Assembly (NCBI GenBank): GCA_043809315.1
Contig: JAZDDX010000007.1
Location: 71,076-135,075 of the forward strand
Direction: 5' to 3'
Source: Pseudomonadota bacterium
Lineage (GTDB): Bacteria > Bdellovibrionota_G > JALEGL01 > DATDPG01
Length of the DNA: 64,000 nucleotides
A model generated the notes under the pieces. That model was given only the letters and a program-made list of their open reading frames with translations. It was not told the origin of the DNA and did no database searches. Positions 39,440-48,605 of the stretch are shown here, in pieces (position 1 is the first letter of the stretch; every line of letters starts with the position of its first letter). The position numbers and the translations under genes were made by a program.

Positions 39440-41064
39440 ACATCCTTCTCCCCATCGTTCTGTTCGGCATTCTCGTCTTCATTCATGAACTCGGACATTT
39501 CGCAGTCGCGAAACTTTCCGGGGTCTTCGTCGAGCGGTTCGCGTTGGGATTCGGACCGACGATCGCGCGGAAAAAATGGGGGGAGACCGAATACGCTCTC
39601 TGCCTTCTCCCGCTCGGCGGATACGTCAAGATGCGCGGGGAAGAGATGGAGGAGAACGACCTCAAAGGAGCGCCTGACCCGCGATCGTTCGCCTCCCAGA
39701 CGGTCGGGAAGCGGTTTGCGATCGTCGCCATGGGGCCGATCTCCAACCTGATTCTTCCGGTCCTTCTCTTCACCGGCCTTTTCTGGGTGGGAACTCCGGT
39801 TCCGCTGCCGCAGGTGGGGGCGGTGATTCCCGATTACCCGGCCGCGAAAGCGGGATTGCGCGCGGGGGATCAGATCGTCCGGGTCGGCGAAGCGTCGGTT
39901 TCGACTTGGAACGAGCTGATGGCTGCCCTTCGGCCGCGAGCCAACCTCTCAACCGAACTCCGGATCGTGCGGAACGGGCATGAGATCACGAAAGAGATCG
40001 TACCGGTCTCGGAGAACGAGCTGAATCTCTACGGAGAGACACAGGCTGCCGGGAAGATCGGAATCGAACTCCAGCCGTACCGACCGACGATCGGGATCCC
40101 CGACGCGAACTCGCCGGCCGCTCGGGTCGGTTTTAAAACGGGGGACACCGTTCTCTCGGTCAACGGACAGCCGATGTCGTACTGGTGGCAAATGGAGGCG
40201 CGGTTCTCGACCCACGGTCCCAAAAAGCTGGTCGTCGAACGGCGAGTGGCGCTCGACGCGGTCCCGACCCAGATTTCTCTCGAACTCGATGCCCCGACGC
40301 TTTCGGCGGCCGGGATCGAGGACGGCGAGCTGTACATCCGGGACGTTCAACCCGACTCGATCGCCGCCCAGAAGGGGCTCAAAGCGGGGGACCGGCTCCT
40401 GTCGGTCAACCGAACCCCCCTCTCTGGATGGTATTCCTTCCGGAAGCAGATCCAGGAGAACCGCGGCGACGCGGTTTCGGTCGAGATCCTCCGGAGCGGA
40501 AAAAGACTCACGCTCGAATTGATCCCCCGAGAAGTGGAGCACAAAGACGAGTTCACGAAAGAGAGTCGGAAAGTCCGTCAGCTCGGCGTGATCTCCTGTG
40601 CCATGCCCGGCGACCCCGGGACCAGAATCGAACGGTACCTGAACCCCTTCCGGGCGTTGGCTCGCGGAGCCGAGGAAACCTGGGAGATCTCGCGGACGAC
40701 CGTGATCGGGATCTCGAAGCTGATCACCGGGAAACTGGGTCTCAACTCCCTGGGCGGCCCGATCTCGATCTTCTACCTCGCCGGAAGTTCGTACCGGGTC
40801 GGCGGGTGGATTTCCTACTTCCGGATGATGGCGATCTTGAGCATCACGCTCGCGATTCTAAACTTCCTTCCGATCCCGATTTTGGACGGAGGGCATCTCT
40901 TCTTTTTTCTGATCGAGATCGTCAAAGGGGGCCCGGTCGGCGCGCGGGTCCGGCAGGTCGCGCAGCAGGTCGGCCTCTTCATCATCGTGGGGTTGATGAT
41001 TCTCACGTTCTACGTCGACATCAACCGGTACATCGTCGATAAGATCCGTGCCCTCTTCAACTGA
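39436..41064 (+). CDS. rseP: RIP metalloprotease RseP with three PDZ-like domains
   Basis: HELGH, PLGGYVKM, NFLPIPILDGG; three PA..AG(L/F)..GD units. Confidence 0.95.
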   Translation: MNILLPIVLFGILVFIHELGHFAVAKLSGVFVERFALGFGPTIARKKWGETEYALCLLPLGGYVKMRGEEMEENDLKGAPDPRSFASQTVGKRFAIVAMGPISNLILPVLLFTGLFWVGTPVPLPQVGAVIPDYPAAKAGLRAGDQIVRVGEASVSTWNELMAALRPRANLSTELRIVRNGHEITKEIVPVSENELNLYGETQAAGKIGIELQPYRPTIGIPDANSPAARVGFKTGDTVLSVNGQPMSYWWQMEARFSTHGPKKLVVERRVALDAVPTQISLELDAPTLSAAGIEDGELYIRDVQPDSIAAQKGLKAGDRLLSVNRTPLSGWYSFRKQIQENRGDAVSVEILRSGKRLTLELIPREVEHKDEFTKESRKVRQLGVISCAMPGDPGTRIERYLNPFRALARGAEETWEISRTTVIGISKLITGKLGLNSLGGPISIFYLAGSSYRVGGWISYFRMMAILSITLAILNFLPIPILDGGHLFFFLIEIVKGGPVGARVRQVAQQVGLFIIVGLMILTFYVDINRYIVDKIRALFN

Positions 41065-41065
41065 G

Positions 41066-41746
41066 ATGAGAGTTCTCGCGATCGATACCGCTACGTCGTG
41101 CGGCGTTCTGGGGCTCGCGGAGAACGGTCGCCCCGTGGCCGAGCTCTCGCTCGTATCCCGCGAGACCCATTCCGCGCGCCTCCTGCCCGCGATCGAATGG
41201 TTGCTCAAAACCATCGGATGGACGATCGCCGAGATCGACGGTTTCGGCATCACGCTTGGTCCCGGCTCGTTCACGGGGCTCCGGGTCGGTTTGTCAACCG
41301 TTAAAGGATTCGCCTGGTCGCTGTCGAAACCGGTGGCGGCATTGAACTCGCTCGAAATCCTGACACATCAGTATCGTGAAGATAGGGTCACGATCGTCCC
41401 GATGCTCGACGCCCGGAGGGACCGGGTCTTTTGTGCCGCCTACCGGTGGAACGGGGACCGGCTCGTCGTTCTCCGACCGCCGTCCGATTCGTCCGCCCCG
41501 GAGTTCGTCTCCGCCCTCGAGGGGCCGGTGGTCTGCTTCGGGGAGGGGGCCCGGAAATATCGGGGCGCGATCGAGGCGGTCGGGAAAGACAGCGTCATCT
41601 TCGCGCCGACAGAGTATGATCTGCCGAGGGGAACCACGGCGGCACGTCTCGCGTCCGAAGCGCTGTCGCGCGGAGAGACTCTGGACATTCATCGGGCCGA
41701 GCCGATCTATTTGCGCCCGAGCGAAGCGGAACGAAAAAGAACGTAA
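41066..41746 (+). CDS. tsaB: tRNA t6A biosynthesis protein TsaB
   Basis: LAIDTAT, HS..LLP, GPGSFTGLRVG, DARR, P.YLR. Confidence 0.95.
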   Translation: MRVLAIDTATSCGVLGLAENGRPVAELSLVSRETHSARLLPAIEWLLKTIGWTIAEIDGFGITLGPGSFTGLRVGLSTVKGFAWSLSKPVAALNSLEILTHQYREDRVTIVPMLDARRDRVFCAAYRWNGDRLVVLRPPSDSSAPEFVSALEGPVVCFGEGARKYRGAIEAVGKDSVIFAPTEYDLPRGTTAARLASEALSRGETLDIHRAEPIYLRPSEAERKRT

Positions 41747-41761
41747 GGAGCGAACGATTCC

Positions 41762-42493
41762 ATGGCGGAGCAGTCGGCAAAGAAAAAGCTGAAGGGGTGG
41801 TTCGACTCCTGGAAGGGGCTCGTCTTCTGGATCTTCCTCGCCCTCGTCTTCCGGTATTCGGTCGCCTCCCCGTACAAGATCCCGACCGGATCGATGATCC
41901 CGACGCTCAAGATCGGAGATTTCATCTTCGTCAGCAAACTGGCTTACGGGGTCAAGATCCCGTTCACCAACAGGAACTGGATCGACTACGACAAACCGAA
42001 GCGCGGAGAGGTGATCGTCTTCATCTATCCGGTCGAGCCGGACAAGGATTTCATCAAACGAGTGGTCGCGGTAGCCGGGGACAAAGTGGAGGTCAAACAA
42101 GGGGTCCTGTTCGTCAACGGAAAGCCGATGTCCCGAACGCCGACGAAAGAGCGAGGGATCATTTCCGATCTCGAGCCCCCCGCTTTCCAAGACGCGGCTC
42201 GGCTTTATAACGAGCAGCTCGACGGCGTGAGACACCTCGTGATGGAAATCCAGCCGGTCCCGGGGAACTACGGCCCGATGTTCGTCCCGGAGGGAAATGT
42301 CTTTGTGATGGGGGACAACCGGGACAACTCCGCCGACAGCCGCGTCTGGGGGCCCCTCCCCGTCGCGAACATCCGCGGCCGTGCCCTTTTCGTCTGGCTT
42401 TCGATCGATACCGAACATCCGGCCTTCCGTCTCGGCGAAACGTTCCTGATCCCGCACATCCGCTGGGAACGGTTCGGGATGAAGGTCCGCTGA
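41762..42493 (+). CDS. lepB: Signal peptidase I
   Basis: IPTGSMIPTL..GD, FIKRVV, MGDNRDNS.DSR.WG. Confidence 0.96.
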   Translation: MAEQSAKKKLKGWFDSWKGLVFWIFLALVFRYSVASPYKIPTGSMIPTLKIGDFIFVSKLAYGVKIPFTNRNWIDYDKPKRGEVIVFIYPVEPDKDFIKRVVAVAGDKVEVKQGVLFVNGKPMSRTPTKERGIISDLEPPAFQDAARLYNEQLDGVRHLVMEIQPVPGNYGPMFVPEGNVFVMGDNRDNSADSRVWGPLPVANIRGRALFVWLSIDTEHPAFRLGETFLIPHIRWERFGMKVR

Positions 42494-42532
42494 CGTTGCC
42501 TTCGGCCCCAACGGCGGGCAGAATGGAGTCAC

Positions 42533-42943
42533 ATGGGAAAAACCGACAAGGAAAAGCCCCGTTCCGAGACCCTTCCCGAGCCGGTTCCGGCCTTCAGCGG
42601 AACCGATCGCCGGATTCGCGGTTCGCGACTTCATGTCTCGTTCCCGGTCACGGTGACCCACCGCGGGCACCCGATCCAGGGGTACGTGGAGGCGGTGAAC
42701 TTGAGCTGGTCGGGGATGCTCCTCGCCACCAATTTCCCGCTGAACGTCAAGGACGAGATCGTCCTGGAATTTCGTCTGCCGGAGAGTTACGTCTCGATCA
42801 CCGTCAAGGCGCGCGTCGTCCATCGCGAAGATGGGAGAATCCCGGAAGAAGCGACGCTGGTCGGCGTCCGCTTCCTGGAAGCGGACCCGAATGTCCAGCG
42901 CCTCCTGACCGGATTCGTCCTGGAACATCTTTTGGTCGAGTGA
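42533..42943 (+). CDS. Stand-alone PilZ-domain protein
   Basis: RRIRGSR and NLSWSG motifs, ARVV, GVRF. Confidence 0.85.
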   Translation: MGKTDKEKPRSETLPEPVPAFSGTDRRIRGSRLHVSFPVTVTHRGHPIQGYVEAVNLSWSGMLLATNFPLNVKDEIVLEFRLPESYVSITVKARVVHREDGRIPEEATLVGVRFLEADPNVQRLLTGFVLEHLLVE

Positions 42944-43968
42944 CCGTACTCCGGCGAAAACTTCTCGCCTGGTACCGGACCCACCACCGGAAACTCCCCT
43001 GGCGTGCGACGCACGACCCGTACCGCATCTGGGTTTCCGAGGTCATGCTCCAACAGACCCGTGTGGCCACGGTGATCCCGTACTTCAAGCGATTCCTGGC
43101 GAGCTACCCGACCGTTCGAAAGCTGGCCGCCTCCGACGAGGATCCGGTTCTGCGGACTTGGGAAGGGCTCGGGTACTATTCCCGCGCACGGAACCTCCAT
43201 GCAGCGGCGCGGGAGGTCGTGGAGAAATATGGAGGGAATCTCCCCTCCTCCTCGGCCGAACTCGCCTCCCTCCCCGGGTTCGGTCCCTACATATCGGCCG
43301 CCGTCGCCTCGATCGCCTTCGGGGAGTCGACCGCCGTCGTCGACGGGAACGTCCGTCGCGTTCTTTCCCGCCTTTTTGAAACTGCGTCCGCGGTCGATGA
43401 CCGCGCACAGGAACTGATCGATCCGAAGCACCCCGGCGACTTCAACCAGGCGGTGATGGAGCTCGGAGCACTGGTCTGTCTCCCCCGAAGTCCAAAGTGT
43501 GAGATCTGCCCGCTCTCAACCGACTGTCTCGCTCGGAAGCACGGCACGATCGCTGCGTTTCCCCCTGCGCGTGCAAAAACGAAGGTCCGAATCGTTCACG
43601 CCGTAACCGTGATCGTTCAAAATCGGAACCGGTATTTTGTGACTCAAAGGCCAATGAACGGACGCTGGGCAAGAATGTGGGAGGCCCCGACACACGAGTC
43701 AGCACGGGTAACCCGCCTTGAACTCGTGATGAATTTACTTATGAATGCCTACGGGCTACGGCTGAAAAGGTTCGAACGTATTGCTCGAATCGAACATCGG
43801 CTCTCCCATCAGACGATTCATACGGAAGTGATGTGTGCGGAGGGAAGAGATCACTCGAAGAACGGTACTTGGGTGACGCTTACGGAGCTTTCGGAGCTGT
43901 CGATGTCGCGCCTGCAGCGGGAAGCATTCCGGCGGGCGGTCTCCCCTTCATCAGATCGACGGCTTTGA
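42940..43968 (+). CDS. mutY: A/G-specific adenine glycosylase
   Basis: LPWR, WVSEVMLQQT, GLGYYSRARNL, LPG.G, VDGNV.RV, Cx6Cx2Cx5C; GTG 42940. Confidence 0.94.
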   Translation: MTVLRRKLLAWYRTHHRKLPWRATHDPYRIWVSEVMLQQTRVATVIPYFKRFLASYPTVRKLAASDEDPVLRTWEGLGYYSRARNLHAAAREVVEKYGGNLPSSSAELASLPGFGPYISAAVASIAFGESTAVVDGNVRRVLSRLFETASAVDDRAQELIDPKHPGDFNQAVMELGALVCLPRSPKCEICPLSTDCLARKHGTIAAFPPARAKTKVRIVHAVTVIVQNRNRYFVTQRPMNGRWARMWEAPTHESARVTRLELVMNLLMNAYGLRLKRFERIARIEHRLSHQTIHTEVMCAEGRDHSKNGTWVTLTELSELSMSRLQREAFRRAVSPSSDRRL

Positions 43969-44725
43969 TCGATTTGAACGGTTTACGGTCCTCGCTGAGT
44001 TCGAGGAGTTTCACCCTTCCATCGACCAGAGTAAGCCGGAAGAGGTCGGTGTTGGCAGGAACGATCCTCGCGGCATTCTGACAGGAGGCATTGAGAAAAA
44101 GGGAGAGAAGCCCGCGCACCGTCCCGAAATGCCCGACGAGCATTACGATTTTCGGACTCCCCGGCTTCTCGATCTCCGAAACCAACCCCTTGAGCCGTTT
44201 CTGTACGTCGTTCCTCGATTCTCCGTCGCCGCCGAATCGGTACGCACAGTCCGAATCGATCCGTCGAAGATTGTCCCGGGTCTCCGGAGCATCCGCCGAA
44301 AGCCCTTCTAGGTGACCGAACCCCATCTCGTTCAAATTGGGCCGGATCTCCGGGACGATCTTGAGCTGGCTCGCCAACGGTTCTGCCGTCTGGTGCGTCC
44401 GACTCAGCTCGCTGACGTAAATCGTTTGAATCCCGGAATCGGATAGCAGGTCCAGAAGCTTTCGCGCCTGTTCGATCCCCTTCTCGTCGAGCACGACCCT
44501 GGGATCGAGCTTCTGCCCGATGTTGACGCGCTCTTTGTTGGCGTAGGTCTCCCCGTGACGCGAGATGTAAATCGTTTTTTCCCAACCGAAGGCGCTCGAG
44601 CAGACGAGAAGGAAACCGAAAAGAAGAGAACTGGTGCCTGGGACTGGACTCGAACCAGCATGGCATTGCTGCCACCAGCCCCTCAAACTGGCGTGTCTAC
44701 CAAATTCCACCACCCAGGCGCACAT
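43880..44725 (-). CDS. Histidine phosphatase (PGAM superfamily) with signal-peptide-like segment; start unresolved because the ORF runs through tRNA-Leu
   Basis: RHGET, S.L.RT.QTA, L.E..FG, GES, VGH motifs. No in-frame ATG/GTG/TTG between the tRNA 3' end and RHG. Confidence 0.75.
   Translation of the reverse strand: MCAWVVEFGRHASLRGWWQQCHAGSSPVPGTSSLLFGFLLVCSSAFGWEKTIYISRHGETYANKERVNIGQKLDPRVVLDEKGIEQARKLLDLLSDSGIQTIYVSELSRTHQTAEPLASQLKIVPEIRPNLNEMGFGHLEGLSADAPETRDNLRRIDSDCAYRFGGDGESRNDVQKRLKGLVSEIEKPGSPKIVMLVGHFGTVRGLLSLFLNASCQNAARIVPANTDLFRLTLVDGRVKLLELSEDRKPFKSIKAVDLMKGRPPAGMLPAAGATSTAPKAP
44632..44719 (-). tRNA. tRNA-Leu(GAG), CCA encoded
   Basis: GCCTGGGTGGTGGAATTTGGTAGACACGCCAGTTTGAGGGGCTGGTGGCAGCAATGCCATGCTGGTTCGAGTCCAGTCCCAGGCACCA: cloverleaf, long variable arm, anticodon GAG. 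Confidence 0.97.
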
Positions 44726-44736
44726 TGCGGCCCACT

Positions 44737-44765
44737 CCTATAGTCGGGCGTGCCTGGGAGGTCAA
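44737..44765 (-). promoter_or_regulatory. Promoter for tRNA-Leu, TTGACC-N17-TATAGG
   Basis: Minus-strand TTGACCTCCCAGGCACGCCCGACTATAGG, ending 17 nt before the tRNA 5' end. Confidence 0.65.
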
Positions 44766-44831
44766 CATTTTGGAACGGTCGTCGCCTTGATCCGGAGCGC
44801 TCTAACAGCTATATTTGATTACGGTTTTTCC

Positions 44832-45203
44832 ATGTCCGATCCAAACAAGCGCGTCCATCCGAGAGCCGACTTCAAGATCGCGGTCAAGGTCGAGCACTTA
44901 AGCCGCCTCCAGCAGTTCTATTCCCAGGACTTGAGCAGCGGGGGAATCTTTCTCGAGGTCCCCGGGAAGCCGCCGGAGATCGGTGCCAAGCTCCGCCTTC
45001 AGTTTCAGGTCCCGGGTATTAAGAAGCCGATCGTCGTCGACGCCGAGGTAATGCACCAGCACACGTTCCAGTTGATCGACCCGAGTCTCCGGAAGAAGGT
45101 CGCCCGCCACGGGATCGGTCTTCGGTTTCTGAATCTCGATCCAAAGGATGCCGAGTTGATTCAAAAGCACGTGACCGGAAAGGATCTAAGTGTCGACCAC
45201 TAG
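44832..45203 (+). CDS. PilZ-domain protein with intact c-di-GMP motifs
   Basis: RVHPR (RxxxR), DLSSGG (DxSxxG), GIGLRF; ATG 44832. Confidence 0.88.
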   Translation: MSDPNKRVHPRADFKIAVKVEHLSRLQQFYSQDLSSGGIFLEVPGKPPEIGAKLRLQFQVPGIKKPIVVDAEVMHQHTFQLIDPSLRKKVARHGIGLRFLNLDPKDAELIQKHVTGKDLSVDH

Positions 45204-46692
45204 CGGACCCGCCCCTAAACCCGGATTCCTGGATGAAGCAAAACGGATGGTGCTGGCCCGGTACTCGGTAATCTACGTCCAGACGTTCGAGGATGCCCGT
45301 TGCGAGTCGGTCCTGCGGGAGATCTCGAAAGCGTTCCAGCCGCCGCTCAAGATGTTCACCTGGACGGTGACGCAGGGACTGACGAGCGGAACCGAAAAGA
45401 TCGCCGGCTCGGAGGATCCGGTCGTGGCGCTCGATTTCGTCATCACCTCCAAGGACCCCACGATCTTCTCGTTCCGGGATCTGAACAAGCAGATCGGTGA
45501 AAACGCGCTTCTGATTCGAAAACTCCGCGACACCTATCAGGCGATCAAGAACGCCTATAAGACGGTTTTTATCCTCGCCCCGCTGATCGAGATCCCGGAC
45601 GAACTCTCCAAGGAGGTGGCGCTCCTCGAGTTCCCCCTTCCCGACGTGACCGAGATTGAGAAGCTGTTCGACCTGACGGTGAAGTCGTTCAAGAACCTCC
45701 AGGTGAACCTGACGCCGGACGACCGGGAGGATTTCATCAAGTCGGCCATGGGTCTCACCTGGGACGAGGCACGGAGCGCGTACGGGCGCGCCTGCACCGG
45801 ACAGACGACGCTGACACGGACGGCGCTCGTCGACGTCATCGACGAAAAGTGCAAGATCGTCCGGAAAGACGGGATCCTCGAATACCACCCGGTCGATTTT
45901 TCGTTCGACGAGATCGGGGGGCTCGAGGTTCTGAAAGAGTGGCTCCGGGCCCGCTCCCGTTTCTTCTCGAAAGAGGCCCGCGAGTTCGGCCTCTCCCCCC
46001 CGAAGGGGGTTTTGTTAACCGGAGTTTCCGGATGCGGGAAATCGAGCTGTGTGAAGGCGATCGCCCAGTATTGGCGCTTGCCGCTCATGCGCCTCGACAT
46101 GACGAAGGTTTACGGCGGGACGCTCGGAAATCCGGAAGAGACGATGCGCCGGGCGCTACGCACGGTCGAAGCGGTGGCACCGGTCGTCCTCTGGATCGAG
46201 GAGATCGAAAAGGGGGTGGCGGGGTTCGTGCAGGGGGATGGCGGCGTGACGGCGCGGATCTTTTCGTCGTTCCTCACCTGGATGCAGGAGAAAACGTCGA
46301 TGGTCTTCATCGCGGCGACGGCGAACGAGATCGACAAGCTCCCGCCGGAGCTGATGCGGAAGGGGAGATTCGACGAGATCTTCTTCGCCGATCTGCCGAG
46401 CGAGGCGGAGCGGCTGGAGATCTTCAAGGTTCACATCATGAAGCGGAAGCACAACCCGGAGCGATTCAACCTGATCAACCTCTCGAAGGCGACCGTGAAC
46501 TTTAACGGAGCGGAGATCGAGCAGATCGTCGCGTCCGGGATGTACGAAGCGTTCAACGAGAAGAGGCAGTTCAACGATCACGATCTCTACAAGATGATCT
46601 CGCACACCGTCCCGCTCGCGACGACGATGTCGGAGCGGATCAAGGAGATCAAACGTTGGGCGGATACGCGCGCCGTCCGCGCGTCGAAATAA
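45190..46692 (+). CDS. Ycf46-like AAA+ ATPase
   Basis: IGGLEVLKEWL, GVSGCGKS, LWIEEIEK, ATAN...LPPELMRKGRFDEIFF, GAEIEQ, VPL..T..E.I...WA..R. Confidence 0.9.
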   Translation: MSTTSGPAPKPGFLDEAKRMVLARYSVIYVQTFEDARCESVLREISKAFQPPLKMFTWTVTQGLTSGTEKIAGSEDPVVALDFVITSKDPTIFSFRDLNKQIGENALLIRKLRDTYQAIKNAYKTVFILAPLIEIPDELSKEVALLEFPLPDVTEIEKLFDLTVKSFKNLQVNLTPDDREDFIKSAMGLTWDEARSAYGRACTGQTTLTRTALVDVIDEKCKIVRKDGILEYHPVDFSFDEIGGLEVLKEWLRARSRFFSKEAREFGLSPPKGVLLTGVSGCGKSSCVKAIAQYWRLPLMRLDMTKVYGGTLGNPEETMRRALRTVEAVAPVVLWIEEIEKGVAGFVQGDGGVTARIFSSFLTWMQEKTSMVFIAATANEIDKLPPELMRKGRFDEIFFADLPSEAERLEIFKVHIMKRKHNPERFNLINLSKATVNFNGAEIEQIVASGMYEAFNEKRQFNDHDLYKMISHTVPLATTMSERIKEIKRWADTRAVRASK

Positions 46693-46694
46693 GA

Positions 46695-48539
46695 TTACGC
46701 GTTTGGTTTGGGTGCTTTTTTCAACTCACCCAAGAGCTTTTTCATCGTATCGACGTGCACTGTTTGTTCGGCGTCTGTTCCGAATTCCCCGATCGCCGCA
46801 TTCAGCGCAACGATCAGTTCTGGCTTGAAACCCTGGAGCAACGTGATGTCCTCGCCGGTGAATGCATTGACTCCGGTCAACCCTTGAACACCTTGGTCGG
46901 TGAGATTTTGAAGCAAGGCGCCCTGAATGCATTCGGCCAGACTTTTGAGAGCGTTGAGATCGGTCTCGGCCAGCGTCGGCTGAGTGTCGTCTTGCGGTTC
47001 GGCGAGCTTCGATCGCGAAAAAAGATCCTCATCCGCTCCTGCGCGTGGGCAGCCTGCGGGAGGGGTCGTCACTGAAATCTCCTGCGGGAGAAGTTCCCAA
47101 TCGTGCCCTCGGCCGGGAAGATTGATCAAAACGTTCTCGAGGATCAGTTCCTGTGGATTGGCCAACTCTTCCTGGGCCAACAGGGCGACGACTACTTCCG
47201 TCGGGCATTTCCCTCTCGAGGCCCGCAAATCGGCTTCGAGACCGATCGTCTGACTCGAACTTATCGGGACTGAAGCTGCCTTCAACCCCCCCTCCTGGAA
47301 GACAAAGAAGCCGGCGAGAGGCTCGCGATCGATCGGCTTGGGCTCACGCTTGAGATGATGAATCCGGATCTTTGCCCCCTCTGGGAGGTACAGGTAGCCG
47401 CGCACAAAAGCTCCAAACTTATCCCCGCGGTTGATCGTGTCCCCCTTCATGCCGTTAAGACTGTTAACGCTGAACCGCTTGGCGTTGGTCGGGATCGGAT
47501 CCCAGAACACAGATTCCCCCTTCTCGTATCCGCCCCGGTATCTTGCAAAACCCGTTTCACCCGAGTCGTAAAGGTGCGCCTTTTTCTTCTCGTCATCGGT
47601 CAGGTCGATCGGGAGTGCGCCCTCCGCTCGAAGTAAACGATCGGTCGGGATCAAGCGCCCGGCATCCTCGATCCGTTTGATCGCTCTGAGATCGGAATAG
47701 TTCAGGTATTTCAAGGTCGTCCAGATGTCTCCCAACCGCTCGTTGAACGCGGAAGGGGCGACCATCTGCCCGTCCTGGCCTTCGTTGGCCCACTTCTTCA
47801 GTGCGTCCCACCATTCCAAGAGGAAAAACTTCCCGCCTTCTTTCTTCTGACCTTTGGTCCCCTTATCTTTGTCCTGGCCTTTCTGATAATCGGCCACCTC
47901 CACCTGCAGATCCTCGATCAGCTTCTCGAACTTCTTTTTCGAGAAGTATCGGGCGGTGCTGTCATAACCGTTGAACACCTTCGGATCTTTGAACGCCGGG
48001 AACAAATCTTCCGCCAGCGCTGTCTTGCACTTATGGGAGATCCCATCCCCCGCCAAGTCGTTGGCTCTCGCGTTCTTTACCCCCGTCTTCTCACATTCCA
48101 GCTTCCAGATCGGGCGGACCGTTTTACCGTCGGCGTCCCGGTCGTCAAACTCGATAATATTCATGTCGAGTTGATCGGCCGCACGCATGATCTGCTTGCC
48201 TCGTTGTTTCCCGGCTTTGGTCGCAGGATCGGTGCCTCTCTTCTTGAGCTCATCCTGAACCGCCTTGTCGAACGCGGCTTGATCGTCGCTCTTCGTATCC
48301 CTGTCCCCGAGGTCACTCTGCGTGCGGGAAGATCGAGTCCGATCGCGGGTCGTCCGTGGTGAACCCCGGTCCCAGTTCCCCAGGCCTCTCTGCTGCTGGT
48401 ACGCGGCGAGCTGGCTGCTCGTCGCCATCCGGTTGGTCCGGTTGCTTCCGCTACAACCTGACGATCCAATCGCCAGGGTTGCCGCAAGGGCGACCGCAAA
48501 AACCGTCTTCAGCGTGCCGACGTTCCCCGCTGTAATCAT
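46695..48539 (-). CDS. Large orphan lipoprotein of unknown function
   Basis: ATG 48539 with GGAGG RBS; lipobox ..IGSSGC; no family recognised. Confidence 0.7.
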   Translation of the reverse strand: MITAGNVGTLKTVFAVALAATLAIGSSGCSGSNRTNRMATSSQLAAYQQQRGLGNWDRGSPRTTRDRTRSSRTQSDLGDRDTKSDDQAAFDKAVQDELKKRGTDPATKAGKQRGKQIMRAADQLDMNIIEFDDRDADGKTVRPIWKLECEKTGVKNARANDLAGDGISHKCKTALAEDLFPAFKDPKVFNGYDSTARYFSKKKFEKLIEDLQVEVADYQKGQDKDKGTKGQKKEGGKFFLLEWWDALKKWANEGQDGQMVAPSAFNERLGDIWTTLKYLNYSDLRAIKRIEDAGRLIPTDRLLRAEGALPIDLTDDEKKKAHLYDSGETGFARYRGGYEKGESVFWDPIPTNAKRFSVNSLNGMKGDTINRGDKFGAFVRGYLYLPEGAKIRIHHLKREPKPIDREPLAGFFVFQEGGLKAASVPISSSQTIGLEADLRASRGKCPTEVVVALLAQEELANPQELILENVLINLPGRGHDWELLPQEISVTTPPAGCPRAGADEDLFSRSKLAEPQDDTQPTLAETDLNALKSLAECIQGALLQNLTDQGVQGLTGVNAFTGEDITLLQGFKPELIVALNAAIGEFGTDAEQTVHVDTMKKLLGELKKAPKPNA

Positions 48540-48589
48540 CTTGTCCTCCGTTCGACCTGACACTTATAGGTTCTCCGAGCCCTTAGAAC

Positions 48590-48605
48590 GCAAGCCCCGT
48601 ACCAG
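48590..48605 (-). promoter_or_regulatory. Sigma-54 (-24/-12) promoter CTGGTACGGGGCTTGC
   Basis: Exact GG-N10-GC spacing, near consensus TGGCAC-N5-TTGC, about 50 nt upstream of the lipoprotein ATG. Confidence 0.7.

Noticed and set aside
41294-42928. 544-aa minus-strand ORF, and similar long antisense ORFs such as 851-1771, 8791-9990, 13006-14205, 35238-36461 and 58987-60045
   Set aside because: Shadow frames opposite well-identified genes; expected in high-GC DNA and without recognisable motifs.
44634-44831. N-terminal extension of the PilZ ORF starting at 44634
   Set aside because: It is antisense to tRNA-Leu and its promoter; ATG 44832 follows its own TTGATC-N17-TATATT promoter.
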